Shown here piece after piece: positions 50,007 through 59,543 of a stretch of 64,000 bases of DNA (position 1 is the first letter of the stretch; the number at the start of each line of letters is the position of its first letter). Below the pieces are notes generated by a model, which saw only the letters and a list, made by a program, of their open reading frames with translations, was not told where the DNA came from and did not search any database. Origin of the DNA: Candidatus Latescibacterota bacterium (lineage in GTDB: Bacteria; Latescibacterota; UBA2968); assembly GCA_965204745.1 (NCBI GenBank), contig OZ242010.1, positions 2,016,001-2,080,000 on the forward strand. Direction: 5' to 3'. The translations under genes and the position numbers were made by a program.

Positions 50007-50657
50007 ATGCTGAAATTTGCAGAAGAACTCATGCTGCTCATCCTCGACGACGAGAACGGAAGATTCGCCCGGGTGCCGGATAGGCTGATGCGCTACGCAC
50101 TCGCAGGAGGGGTGCTGATGGACTTGGCGCTGGAAAACCGCATCGACACGGACCTCAAGCAACTGATCCTCGTCGATCCCACGCCGGTGCAAGACAGCCT
50201 GCTCGACCCCACACTCGCGGACATCGCCCGCGCAAAGGAGACCCGGGACGCGCGTTTTTGGGTGGAGCGCACGGCTCTGCGTGCAGACGAGATCCGCGAA
50301 GAGGCCCTCAATCGGCTCGTCAAAAAGGGCATTCTCCGGCAACGAGAAGACCGGTTCTTGTGGGTCTTTCAATCGCGGCGGTACCCGGCCATTGACGACG
50401 CGCCACAACGCGAGGTCAAGCTCAGGATTACGGGGGTGTTGTTCAGCGACGAAATCCCGGATCCGCGCGACGTGGTGATCATCGGCCTGGCGCACGCCTG
50501 CGATCTGTTCAAGGAAATTCTGTCCGCACGCGAATTGGCGCACGTTTCCGACCGCATCGATCAAGTTCGCAAGCTCGATTTGATCGGCCAAGCCATGTCG
50601 CAGGCGATCTCAGATATCGAACTGTCCCTCGCCCTCGCGGTGCAGATGATGCCATAA
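50007..50657 (+). CDS. GPP34 (GOLPH3/Vps74-like) family protein
   Basis: AEELMLLILDD, LAGGVLMDL, RRYP. Confidence 0.85.
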   Translation: MLKFAEELMLLILDDENGRFARVPDRLMRYALAGGVLMDLALENRIDTDLKQLILVDPTPVQDSLLDPTLADIARAKETRDARFWVERTALRADEIREEALNRLVKKGILRQREDRFLWVFQSRRYPAIDDAPQREVKLRITGVLFSDEIPDPRDVVIIGLAHACDLFKEILSARELAHVSDRIDQVRKLDLIGQAMSQAISDIELSLALAVQMMP

Positions 50658-50916
50658 AGGCGGAAAGCGACCCCATAAGAACACAGATGAAAAGCGAAGG
50701 GATTGAACCCATGACATGGGCGTGCCCATCCCATCACCGCCCGGCCCTGTGCGTCCCCCTCCACGCCACCCTGCCACCCGTGCGGCCTCACCTCGCCACC
50801 CTGCCACCCGTGCGTTCCCAACCACTTTACCCAACCGCCCGTGCGTGCCTCAACGCCCTACCGTCGCTTCATCGTTCCCATCCGCTATGTCCTTCACATC
50901 CCCCCCGCCATCCGTC

Positions 50917-50942
50917 GTAGGGACAGGCCCCTGTGCCTGTCC
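50917..50942 (+). repeat. GTAG-type REP
   Basis: gtagggacaggcccctgtgcctgtcc. Confidence 0.75.
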
Positions 50943-51027
50943 GCGCATCCAACCCAAAACCCGACGTACTTCGTAGGTTCGTAGATTCGTCAATTCGCAG
51001 GATGACCCCTTTTCCATGGAGATCACC

Positions 51028-53451
51028 ATGAAGACCTTCTCGATTTTGATGTTTGGATGCTTGCTCGCGACTTCGGCGTGGGCAGCGGATAGCCAAGTGG
51101 ATTCCCTGTATCGCGCCGCGCTGGCGCGCATGAATGAGATCGACCCCAAAGAGAGTGTCGATGCCTTCAAACAGGTGCTGAAGAAAGATGGCAAGTACGC
51201 GGCCGCACTCGCACAACTGACCCGGCTCTACATTCGCTTGGACACGCCCGAATTTCGGCGCCGGGCCGTGGAAGCGAGTGAAAAGGCGATTCGGATCGAT
51301 CCCGAAAATTTGCAGTACCAACTCCTGCACGGCGAGGCGTTGTGGAACAGGGGGTTTCAGCGTCAGGCCAAGGCGCATTACGAAAAGGTGATTGAAAAAT
51401 TCCCCAATGCCGCGGTTGCGGCCTACGACGCCGGGCGGCATGTGTTGGGCGAATACATGATCACGCGCGACCGCGTCTTGTCGCGCCGGGGGGCGATTCG
51501 GTCTTTTGCGAAAAACGAATACGACCAAGCCGTGATGCTGTTGGAAAAGAGTTTGGAGGTCGACGCGGGCTATCGGGATTCCCATTATCTTTTGGCCCTC
51601 GCCCATTTGGAGCACCGCAGAATCCCGGCGATGCAAAAGGTGATGAAGCGGATGATGCGAAAATTTCCCGACGACATCAACGCGCAGTTGTTCTTGGCCT
51701 ATTCGCACCAACTTCAGGGCAATTTGTTAGAGGCCAACAAATTGTACGAGCAGGCTATCGCGGGCATGGACCCCGAACAGCGCGAAATGATGGAATCGGT
51801 CGAACTCATCGCGTCCAAAGAAGACCATGCGCGTATCGCCAAAGCCCTGAAAACGGACGCGGACGAGGAGTGGCGCGACTCTCCTGCGCTGACGCGGTTT
51901 TGGAACAAAAACGATCCCCTATTTCTCACCGCCCACAACGAGCGGCGGATGGAGCACTACGGCCGCGTGGCATACTCAAATTTGCGCTTTAGCGTGCCCT
52001 CGCGCAATATCGAAGGCTGGAAGACCATTCGCGGGCAGACGTACATCAAATACGGCAAGTACCAGCGGCGCACGACCGGCGTATTTCCCATGTTCAAGGA
52101 AACCTGGTACTACGGCGGGTACCGGTTCACGTTCCAAAGCGTGAACGGCGTGGACGGTTGGGGATTTGCAGGCGAAGTGGGGCCGAGCACCACAGTGGAT
52201 CTCATCGGCAGGGACCCCAATGCACAGCGCACGCGCAATGTCGATGCCACGCAGGTAGCCGCAACGCTCTTCAAAAAATCCACCAACCCGCAATGGGCGA
52301 GCGACAAGATGCGCGAGGAGTACTACGAAATTCAAAACCGCGCCGCGTTCAAAAAGAAAGAAGCGCGGTTTGTCGATCCGTTCCAAAGCCGCAAATACTC
52401 CTTGCCGCATCAGATTACCGCTTTCCGGGCGGGCGAGCAGATGCGCTTGGAAATCGCGTATGCCATTCCCTTGGACAAACTCAAAGCGAGCGACGAGCAG
52501 GCCCTGGTCATGGATGACGGCTTGTTTTTGTTCGATTATTTGTGGCGCGATATTTATCGCAACGTGCGCCCCTTGGGGCAAAAGCAACCGGCTGTGGGCG
52601 GCGGCCCTCAGTACTTGCTCGGGCAACGCGCGATGACCCTGCCCCAAGGCACGTACAACGTGGTGATCGAAGTCGGCGACCGGGTCAGCGGGTCTATCGG
52701 CACGTTCCGCACAGAACGCCTGTTGACCGTGTCCGAATCCCGCTTGGACATGAGCGACCTCTTGCTCGCCAAGCAGATCGAACTGGTCAATCCCTTTCCC
52801 GAAAAACGCACGGACTTGCGGATTGCCCCCAATCCACTGCGCGCGTACCGCTCTGGCGGCTCGGCCTTTGTCTATTTGGAAATCTACAACCTGACGCAAG
52901 ACGACTTTGGGCGCACGGAATACCGGATCACGTACAGCTTGAGCGTGCCGGAAAAAGAGGAAGTCAACCCCGCGATGTTCGGCGCCGTGGCCCTCAAAAA
53001 AGTGGGCGGCCTGCTGATCGTGCCAACCGCTGAAGAACTGGCCGCAGAACAAGAGGACGCAACCACTAGCAGCAATGACATCCTCGCCGCGGGCAGCGCG
53101 CTCGACGGCACGGATGGCGTCGACATGCCAGACGAAGATGCCCTCTCCGGCGATGCCATGGCCGGCGGCGAGGAATCCCTCAAAGCCCGCCCCGTGGAGT
53201 TTGAAGTGCAATACGTGTTGCCCGAGCGCAACCAGATGGCCGAGTCCCTCGAAGCACTGCGCCGTGCCGGGCAGCAGAGCAGCACGTCGATCAGTTCGAT
53301 GTACGCGGGCGATAAGCCCGATGATTTCACCTTTTTGGAAATCGACCTGTCCAAAATGCCGCGCGGGGTGTACAAACTCGCCGTCGCCGTCGCGGATGTG
53401 AAGACCAACAAACAGGTCAGACGCAATGCCATCTTCCGCGTGCGCGAGTAG
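51028..53451 (+). CDS. Secreted TPR + GWxTD-domain protein
   Basis: Signal peptide, TPR-like helices, FW..DP..NERRMEHYGR..GWKTIRGQTYIKYG. Confidence 0.82.
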   Translation: MKTFSILMFGCLLATSAWAADSQVDSLYRAALARMNEIDPKESVDAFKQVLKKDGKYAAALAQLTRLYIRLDTPEFRRRAVEASEKAIRIDPENLQYQLLHGEALWNRGFQRQAKAHYEKVIEKFPNAAVAAYDAGRHVLGEYMITRDRVLSRRGAIRSFAKNEYDQAVMLLEKSLEVDAGYRDSHYLLALAHLEHRRIPAMQKVMKRMMRKFPDDINAQLFLAYSHQLQGNLLEANKLYEQAIAGMDPEQREMMESVELIASKEDHARIAKALKTDADEEWRDSPALTRFWNKNDPLFLTAHNERRMEHYGRVAYSNLRFSVPSRNIEGWKTIRGQTYIKYGKYQRRTTGVFPMFKETWYYGGYRFTFQSVNGVDGWGFAGEVGPSTTVDLIGRDPNAQRTRNVDATQVAATLFKKSTNPQWASDKMREEYYEIQNRAAFKKKEARFVDPFQSRKYSLPHQITAFRAGEQMRLEIAYAIPLDKLKASDEQALVMDDGLFLFDYLWRDIYRNVRPLGQKQPAVGGGPQYLLGQRAMTLPQGTYNVVIEVGDRVSGSIGTFRTERLLTVSESRLDMSDLLLAKQIELVNPFPEKRTDLRIAPNPLRAYRSGGSAFVYLEIYNLTQDDFGRTEYRITYSLSVPEKEEVNPAMFGAVALKKVGGLLIVPTAEELAAEQEDATTSSNDILAAGSALDGTDGVDMPDEDALSGDAMAGGEESLKARPVEFEVQYVLPERNQMAESLEALRRAGQQSSTSISSMYAGDKPDDFTFLEIDLSKMPRGVYKLAVAVADVKTNKQVRRNAIFRVRE

Positions 53452-53520
53452 GAGTTGCGACGCGGAGCGTAACAATACCCCTTTCGCTATCGAAATTTTC
53501 CAAAAAAAGGAGGATGCACG

Positions 53521-54234
53521 ATGATTGGATTCGACACGCTCAAGGCGGCCGTGCGGTTGCAGGATGAAGCCGGCTTTGACGAGCACCAAGCGCGGATTTT
53601 GGTGGCTACATTTGCCGAGGGGCTCGGCGAGGATATCGCCACGAGGGATGGATTGGCACAAACCGAGGCCATCCTGCGGAGCGATATGAAGAAAACTGAA
53701 GTCGCCTTGCGGAGCGACATGGAGAAGGTGGAAACCACTCTGCGGAGCGACATGGAGAAGGTGGAAGCCACCCTGCGCGGTGAAATTGAAGCCCTGCGGA
53801 ACGACATGGAGAAGATGGAAGCCACCCTGCGCGGTGAAATTGAAGCCCTGCGGAACGACATGGAGAAGATGGAAACCACCCTGCGGAGCGACATGGAGAA
53901 GATGGAAGCCACCCTGCGCGGTGAAATTGAAGCCCTGCGGAACGACATGGAGAAGATGGAAGCCACCTTGCGGAGCGACATGGAGAAGATGGAAGCCACC
54001 CTGCGCGGTGAAATTGAAGCCCTGCGGAGCGACATGGAGAAGATGGAAGCCACCTTGCAGAGCAACATGGAGAAGATGGAAGCCACCCTGCGCGGTGAGA
54101 TTGAAGCCCTGCGTGCCGAGATGAGAGCACTTGAACTGCGCCTGACGATCAAATTGGGCGGCATTCTCGTGCTTGCCCTCGGCTTGATGACCGCGATCAA
54201 CAAGTTGCTTGGTGCAACCCCACCGGTCCCTTAA
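53521..54234 (+). CDS. DUF1640/CCDC90-like coiled-coil protein with tandem repeats and C-terminal anchor
   Basis: FDTLK..AGFDEHQA..ATRD; repeats; LTIKLGG + TM; AGGAGG SD. Confidence 0.85.
   Translation: MIGFDTLKAAVRLQDEAGFDEHQARILVATFAEGLGEDIATRDGLAQTEAILRSDMKKTEVALRSDMEKVETTLRSDMEKVEATLRGEIEALRNDMEKMEATLRGEIEALRNDMEKMETTLRSDMEKMEATLRGEIEALRNDMEKMEATLRSDMEKMEATLRGEIEALRSDMEKMEATLQSNMEKMEATLRGEIEALRAEMRALELRLTIKLGGILVLALGLMTAINKLLGATPPVP
53674..54120 (+). repeat. Intragenic 33-nt / 21-nt tandem repeats
   Basis: LRSDMEKMEAT and LRGEIEA units nearly identical at the DNA level. Confidence 0.92.
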
Positions 54235-54259
54235 TGGTTTATTTTTTGCGTTATTCCAA

Positions 54260-55138
54260 ATGACCGCGATAGATAATGCGCTGGCGATTACAGAACAAAA
54301 CCTGTCCGCTGTCTCCTGCGACCAAGTGTTGCGCGATCTCAATGCGTTTTGGGCGCGGCGGGACGCGGACAACATCGTCTTGGACCTGTCTGGCCTGAAC
54401 TTTGCCGATCCCTATGGCATGGGCATGTTGTGTTTGATCGGCCGGCATTTGAGCACCAAATACTGGGACATCGCGTGTCGGTTGCCCGCGGATTCGGACA
54501 TTGAAAGTTATTTGACGCGGATGAACGTGTTCGACATTTTGCGGGCTTATGTGACCGTGGAACGCACGCCGCAAATGGGACGACCGCCGGTCCACAACGA
54601 GAGCTTGTTGGAAATAACAGCCATCGAGCAGCGCGGGGACATCGAGCAGGTGTTGGGCGTCATCGAAGCGCGGGTGGGCGCGATTCTGAGCGCGGAGTTG
54701 CGCTATACCGTGCGAGAGATTACGGGCTTCAAGAATGTGGTGGCCGAATTGTGTCACAATATCCTCGACCACAGCGGGGACAAGGGATTCGTGGTGGCGC
54801 AACGCTACGTCAATCACAGGGTTCAGCGAAAATTTGCGATCATCGGCGTATGCGACTTGGGCATCGGCATTCGGGAAAGCCTAGCCACCAAGCACAATGC
54901 GTCTCGATGGACGCACGGGCAGGCGATCCAAATGGCGGTTCAAAAAACCGTCTCCCGCGGCGACACCCGGGGCTTGGGGCTATACATCGTGAAACAAATC
55001 TGCCTCGAAAACAACGGCAGTTTGCACATTCGCTCCGGCGATGAGCGCGTGTGCATCCGCGGCGACCACACCTGGGTAAATCCATCTGCCATGTTCCCCG
55101 GCACGCAGGTGAGCATCAGGCTTTACGAGAAGGGGTGA
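54260..55138 (+). CDS. STAS-like + HATPase_c ATP-binding protein
   Basis: LDLSGLNFADP; ELCHNILDH, DLGIGI, RGLGL boxes. Confidence 0.8.
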   Translation: MTAIDNALAITEQNLSAVSCDQVLRDLNAFWARRDADNIVLDLSGLNFADPYGMGMLCLIGRHLSTKYWDIACRLPADSDIESYLTRMNVFDILRAYVTVERTPQMGRPPVHNESLLEITAIEQRGDIEQVLGVIEARVGAILSAELRYTVREITGFKNVVAELCHNILDHSGDKGFVVAQRYVNHRVQRKFAIIGVCDLGIGIRESLATKHNASRWTHGQAIQMAVQKTVSRGDTRGLGLYIVKQICLENNGSLHIRSGDERVCIRGDHTWVNPSAMFPGTQVSIRLYEKG

Positions 55139-55258
55139 GGGTGAATCAACGGAACGCGGTACAACAGGTCATCTCTCAGGTCAGTTCATGAAAAAAATAG
55201 CGCAAAAAAATACATCCGCGTTGTTTTTTTGACATTGATTACATCGAGGAGCACTCCT

Positions 55259-56059
55259 ATGACCGACGATGAAAAATACCTCTTTGATCTCAACGGGTAT
55301 CTCGTCATTGAAAATGTTTTGATGGCTGATGAACTCGCCTTGGCAAACGAAGCGGTTGATCGCCACCTCGACCGGGGGCGCGTGCGCTCGAGGGAACAGC
55401 GTCTCGATGGCGACTCGCCCGCCTTGAAAGGCACGCATGGGCGCGGCGAACTGCGCGATCTCATCCACTGGGCCGAACCCTGGTGCCATCCCTTTCGAGA
55501 TATGCTCGCGCATCCGCGCATCGTGCCTTACCTCAACGAACTGCTCGGCAAGGGCTTTCGCGTCGATCACCAGATGTTTTTGCTCTGGATGGACAAAGGC
55601 GCGGAAGGCCATCGCTTTCACGGCTCCTCCGGGCCTGGGTTTGACCCCAACCAGTACTATATTTTTAAAAATGGCAAAATGCACAACGGGCTTACCGTGG
55701 TCTCATTTCAACTCACCGCTGTCAACGCGGGCGATGGCGGTTTATGCGTCATTCCCGGATCGCACAAAAGCAATTATCCCTGCCCACTGGACACGCGCCT
55801 CTACCAAAAACACCGGGAACACATTCGCCAACTCACCTGTCGGGCAGGCGACGCGATCATCTTCACCGAAGCTGTCACGCACGGCACCTTGCCATGGACC
55901 GCCGACCATCCGCGCAGGTCAACGCTCACGCGCTACACCGCCGGCAACATGGCCTACGTCCGCGCTTACGACATCCCCGACTGGGCAAACGCACGGCACC
56001 GCGCGGTCATGCAACCGCCCTACCACACGCGCCTCAATCGCCCAACACTCGAGGAATGA
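55259..56059 (+). CDS. Phytanoyl-CoA dioxygenase family Fe/2OG oxygenase
   Basis: FDLNGYL, GGLCVIPGSHK, AGD..F....HG. Confidence 0.9.
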   Translation: MTDDEKYLFDLNGYLVIENVLMADELALANEAVDRHLDRGRVRSREQRLDGDSPALKGTHGRGELRDLIHWAEPWCHPFRDMLAHPRIVPYLNELLGKGFRVDHQMFLLWMDKGAEGHRFHGSSGPGFDPNQYYIFKNGKMHNGLTVVSFQLTAVNAGDGGLCVIPGSHKSNYPCPLDTRLYQKHREHIRQLTCRAGDAIIFTEAVTHGTLPWTADHPRRSTLTRYTAGNMAYVRAYDIPDWANARHRAVMQPPYHTRLNRPTLEE

Positions 56060-56099
56060 GAAGGATAATTCGGTCTCACTTTCAAGGATTGGATACGCC

Positions 56100-57497
56100 A
56101 TGGCTTTCAAAGTAAAAATCAAAAACATCGGCAAACTCGCGGATGCAGAAATTCACATCGGCGATTTCACCGTGTTTGCGGGGCCAAACAACACGGGAAA
56201 GAGCTTTGTCTCCAAACTCCTGTATTCGCTTTTTAATGCGATGAATGCAAACCATGCCGAGACGCATCTCAACAATCTGCTCGAGCCTGTTAAACTTACT
56301 TTGTGGAATCTGATGGCGCAGGTGAGACATGATCGAGGTGGTTATTATAGTAGGGCGATCCACTCGTGGCAGTCTTCGATGGAAAAACAAACAAAAAAAT
56401 TGGAAATACTTGTTAAGGAGGTTTCTATTGATGAGTTCGATAACGAGAACATTATTTTTGCTCTTATCAGCCAAATGGAACAAATGCAGCAAATAGCCGC
56501 CGATATTCCGCAGTCCTTCTTAAAAACAACGGATAAAAGGAGCCGGACGGACTGGGACAGACTGACAACTTCATTAGCCGAGTTGCAAGAGCAACTCCAC
56601 CGAACAGATGCGGAAGGTTTTATCGTCGCTGGTATAGAGTATGAAATTCACCAAAATCTGATTCGGAATTTCCAAGTGCCAAATACTTCTGCTCTTCAAC
56701 GGGAAGAAAGCAGACCATCAGAGGTTGAGGTTGAGGACTTTAGCGCATTCAAATTATCGCATGATGAGGGATTGGAATTCCGAATAAATAAATCGTGGCT
56801 AAGGCAATTGCAGGAGTACTCCAGGGTCATCTACTTGGAATCACCCGTTTATTGGAAATTGAAACCCGCGTTGGAAGACATACGAGATTATCCAGTTCGG
56901 TTCAGGGATAGGGAACGGCTCAGCGGGGTTCCGGGGTATTTCTATGACTTGAGCAGAGCATTGAGATTTGAATACACCGGAGACATGGCCTTCCCGGATG
57001 TATATGATAATCTGACCAGCGAAGAAATTATCGGCGGCAGGATCGCCATTTCCGAAACCGGCGATTTGTCCTTCCGGGAAAATGGGCGCAATTTCTCAAT
57101 GCCCGTCACCGCGACGGGCATTGCCAACCTCGGCATCCTCGCATTGCTGATTGAGCGCAAGGTCCTTGATAAAGGGACTTTCCTATTTATCGACGAACCG
57201 GAAGCGCATCTGCATCCGGCCTGGCAGGTCATCATGGCGGAAAGCCTCTTTGAGTTGTCCTGCCAAGGCGTGAACATCGCGATTGCCACGCACAGTGTAG
57301 ATATCCTCAAATGGCTGGAAGTTCGCGCAACGAAAAACCCGGAGGATAAGCAACTCATCGCGCTCAATCACTTTTCTGCCACTGGCGTTAATCAAGACCA
57401 TGAGGAAAATGCCGAAGACGATTTTGAAACCAGAATGGCAGAGATCAAACAAGAACTGACCAAGCCCTTCTCCGATTTGTACATGGAGGGGTTATGA
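56100..57497 (+). CDS. AAA_15/AAA_21-type ABC ATPase
   Basis: GPNNTGKS, ATGI, IDEPEAHLHP, ATHS; longer ORF-track start overlaps the PhyH gene. Confidence 0.9.
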   Translation: MAFKVKIKNIGKLADAEIHIGDFTVFAGPNNTGKSFVSKLLYSLFNAMNANHAETHLNNLLEPVKLTLWNLMAQVRHDRGGYYSRAIHSWQSSMEKQTKKLEILVKEVSIDEFDNENIIFALISQMEQMQQIAADIPQSFLKTTDKRSRTDWDRLTTSLAELQEQLHRTDAEGFIVAGIEYEIHQNLIRNFQVPNTSALQREESRPSEVEVEDFSAFKLSHDEGLEFRINKSWLRQLQEYSRVIYLESPVYWKLKPALEDIRDYPVRFRDRERLSGVPGYFYDLSRALRFEYTGDMAFPDVYDNLTSEEIIGGRIAISETGDLSFRENGRNFSMPVTATGIANLGILALLIERKVLDKGTFLFIDEPEAHLHPAWQVIMAESLFELSCQGVNIAIATHSVDILKWLEVRATKNPEDKQLIALNHFSATGVNQDHEENAEDDFETRMAEIKQELTKPFSDLYMEGL

Positions 57498-58081
57498 TGG
57501 ACCTGAAAAAATTCTTGCAACCGATTACGCTTGCACGTAAGCCTCTCCAAAACCACCAGGCCTATCGCATGGATGGCACTCTACCGCAACCCGATATGAG
57601 AAAAGATGTGGGTTTGGGAACTTGTAATTGCTGTGATTATTTTCTGATCAGCAATGGGGTTGTTGTCTTAATTGAAGAGACCCAACTCTTGCGACACATC
57701 AAGCGTTTGAGAAACGAGTACAATTATCTCAGAGGCACTGACCAAATGGAATTTATCAAAGGGGACATCCGACGAGAAAACTGGCTGAAAGTTTATGGGT
57801 CAATGCTCGTCTTGTGTCGATTGGCTACGGTATGCAAAGAAGCGAAAGACCTTTTTGGAAACAAAAAATACAAATTTTGGCTCGTCGTCAGCGACACAAA
57901 TATGACAGATGCCGAGGAGTCCGATGCCCAAATGATTTTTGACCATCTGAAAGACAAGTTATACCTCGACCTGAAAAGTCTCTTATCAGGCAAAATTGTA
58001 GCTGATGCCGAAATCGTACCATCCCCTGAATTTGTACGCAAATTACCAACACAGGCTCCATTTTTTCAATTGACGCCTTGA
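57494..58081 (+). CDS. Hypothetical partner of AAA ATPase, possible nuclease fold
   Basis: ATGA overlap; CDYF..LIEET. Confidence 0.65.
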   Translation: MMDLKKFLQPITLARKPLQNHQAYRMDGTLPQPDMRKDVGLGTCNCCDYFLISNGVVVLIEETQLLRHIKRLRNEYNYLRGTDQMEFIKGDIRRENWLKVYGSMLVLCRLATVCKEAKDLFGNKKYKFWLVVSDTNMTDAEESDAQMIFDHLKDKLYLDLKSLLSGKIVADAEIVPSPEFVRKLPTQAPFFQLTP

Positions 58082-58143
58082 AACCATATATTCTTTGGCG
58101 ACTTGGCCTGCTGTCAGGGGCAGAGGATTGAGGCTGTCTTAAT

Positions 58144-59442
58144 ATGAAAAATTTCTCGGGGATGACCCTCGCACAAATTCGCACGTACGTCAAATCTGCC
58201 GAATCACTGGACGAAACGAGTCTGCACGCGCTCGAGCGGGATGGGCGCGTTGGGGTGCGGGCAATCGCGGAGCAGGTGCGAAAGAGGAGAAAAGCACGAG
58301 CACGCGAAAAAGCGCGCCTCGAGCGCATGCTCGCGTTGGAGAGAAAACTCAGGGCGCGAGGCATTGAACACATCGCGGGCGTGGATGAAGCCGGGCGTGG
58401 GCCACTTGCGGGCCCTGTCTTCGCGGCAGCGGTCGTGTTGCCACCAGATACGCTCATTCCCGGATTGAACGACTCCAAGGCCCTGTCCGCAAGGCACAGA
58501 GAATCCCTTTTCAAAATCATCCACGAGGTGGCCCTCGCCATTGGCGTGGGCAAAGCGTCTCCACGAGAGATCGACAAATACAATATCCGCAACGCCACGC
58601 ATCGCGCCATGTGCAAAGGTCTCGATGCACTCGGCATGTCGCCCGACCGCGTGCTCGTGGATGGCAATGCGGTTCCGCGCAGTCCGTTTCCGGAACAGGC
58701 GATAGTCGGCGGGGACAGGGCGTCGCTTTCCATTGCCGCGGCATCCGTGATCGCCAAAGTGACGCGCGACCGTTTGATGATCGCGTACGACGCGAAATAT
58801 CCGGATTACGGCTTTGCTACGCACAAGGGATACGGTAGCGCGGATCACCTCGCGGCCTTGCGAAAACACGGCCCTTGCCCGATCCACCGGCAGTCTTTCA
58901 AAGGCGTTTTTGAAGTGGCGCGAAACCGATCCGAGGATTTTGAAATTTTTGCCGAGGGGATTCGCGCCGCGACCAATGGGGACGAACTCCATGCCATTGG
59001 CGAGGCCATTGCCAGCGCACGCACGCACATCGCGCAAGACGAACTCGCGGCCCTGCGCCAACTCTTTCGCACGCGCCGCGCTCGCCTTCGGGAATCGGGA
59101 CCCAAAGGTGAGCAGTTGGCAGAGACGTTTTTGAAGCAAAAGGGATATGACATTCTCGTGCGAGGCTTTCGCGCCTTGGGCGGTGAAATTGACCTGATTG
59201 CACAGCGGGACAACACCTTGATTTTCGTGGAGGTCAAAACCGCATCTACCGCGCATTTTGGACCGCCCGAATCCTGGGTGACGCCGGCCAAGCAAGCGCA
59301 GATCATCAAGGTCGCCACCGCGTACCTGCAACGGCTACCGGACCACTTGGCACCGCGATTTGACGTCATCGCCGTCGATCTTACGCGCCCACGCCCCGTC
59401 ATCCGGCACTATGAAAATGCGTTTGGAGTGAAGGAAGGGTAA
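58144..59442 (+). CDS. rnhB: Ribonuclease HII fused to YraN-family domain
   Basis: GVDEAGRGPLAGP, DSK, HKGYG; C-terminal GEIDLIA..FVEVK, RFDVI. Confidence 0.95.
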   Translation: MKNFSGMTLAQIRTYVKSAESLDETSLHALERDGRVGVRAIAEQVRKRRKARAREKARLERMLALERKLRARGIEHIAGVDEAGRGPLAGPVFAAAVVLPPDTLIPGLNDSKALSARHRESLFKIIHEVALAIGVGKASPREIDKYNIRNATHRAMCKGLDALGMSPDRVLVDGNAVPRSPFPEQAIVGGDRASLSIAAASVIAKVTRDRLMIAYDAKYPDYGFATHKGYGSADHLAALRKHGPCPIHRQSFKGVFEVARNRSEDFEIFAEGIRAATNGDELHAIGEAIASARTHIAQDELAALRQLFRTRRARLRESGPKGEQLAETFLKQKGYDILVRGFRALGGEIDLIAQRDNTLIFVEVKTASTAHFGPPESWVTPAKQAQIIKVATAYLQRLPDHLAPRFDVIAVDLTRPRPVIRHYENAFGVKEG

Positions 59443-59481
59443 GCGATCAGCACATACATCGCCTTGGGGTGGAAGGGTGGG

Positions 59482-59505
59482 GACTGACAACTGACAACTG
59501 ACAAC
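59482..59505 (-). repeat. (CAGTTGT)n heptamer array
   Basis: gactgacaactgacaactgacaac between convergent genes. Confidence 0.7.
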
Positions 59506-59543
59506 TTGGTGGTCGGGTTGGGCGGGGTTCTTCTATGCCATTC

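Noticed and set aside
53674-54120. Possible CRISPR-like array
   Set aside because: No unique spacers; in-frame coding repeats; no cas genes.
55437-56099. N-terminal extension of the 686 aa ATPase ORF
   Set aside because: Overlaps the PhyH gene in another frame; ATPase motifs begin at ATG 56100.
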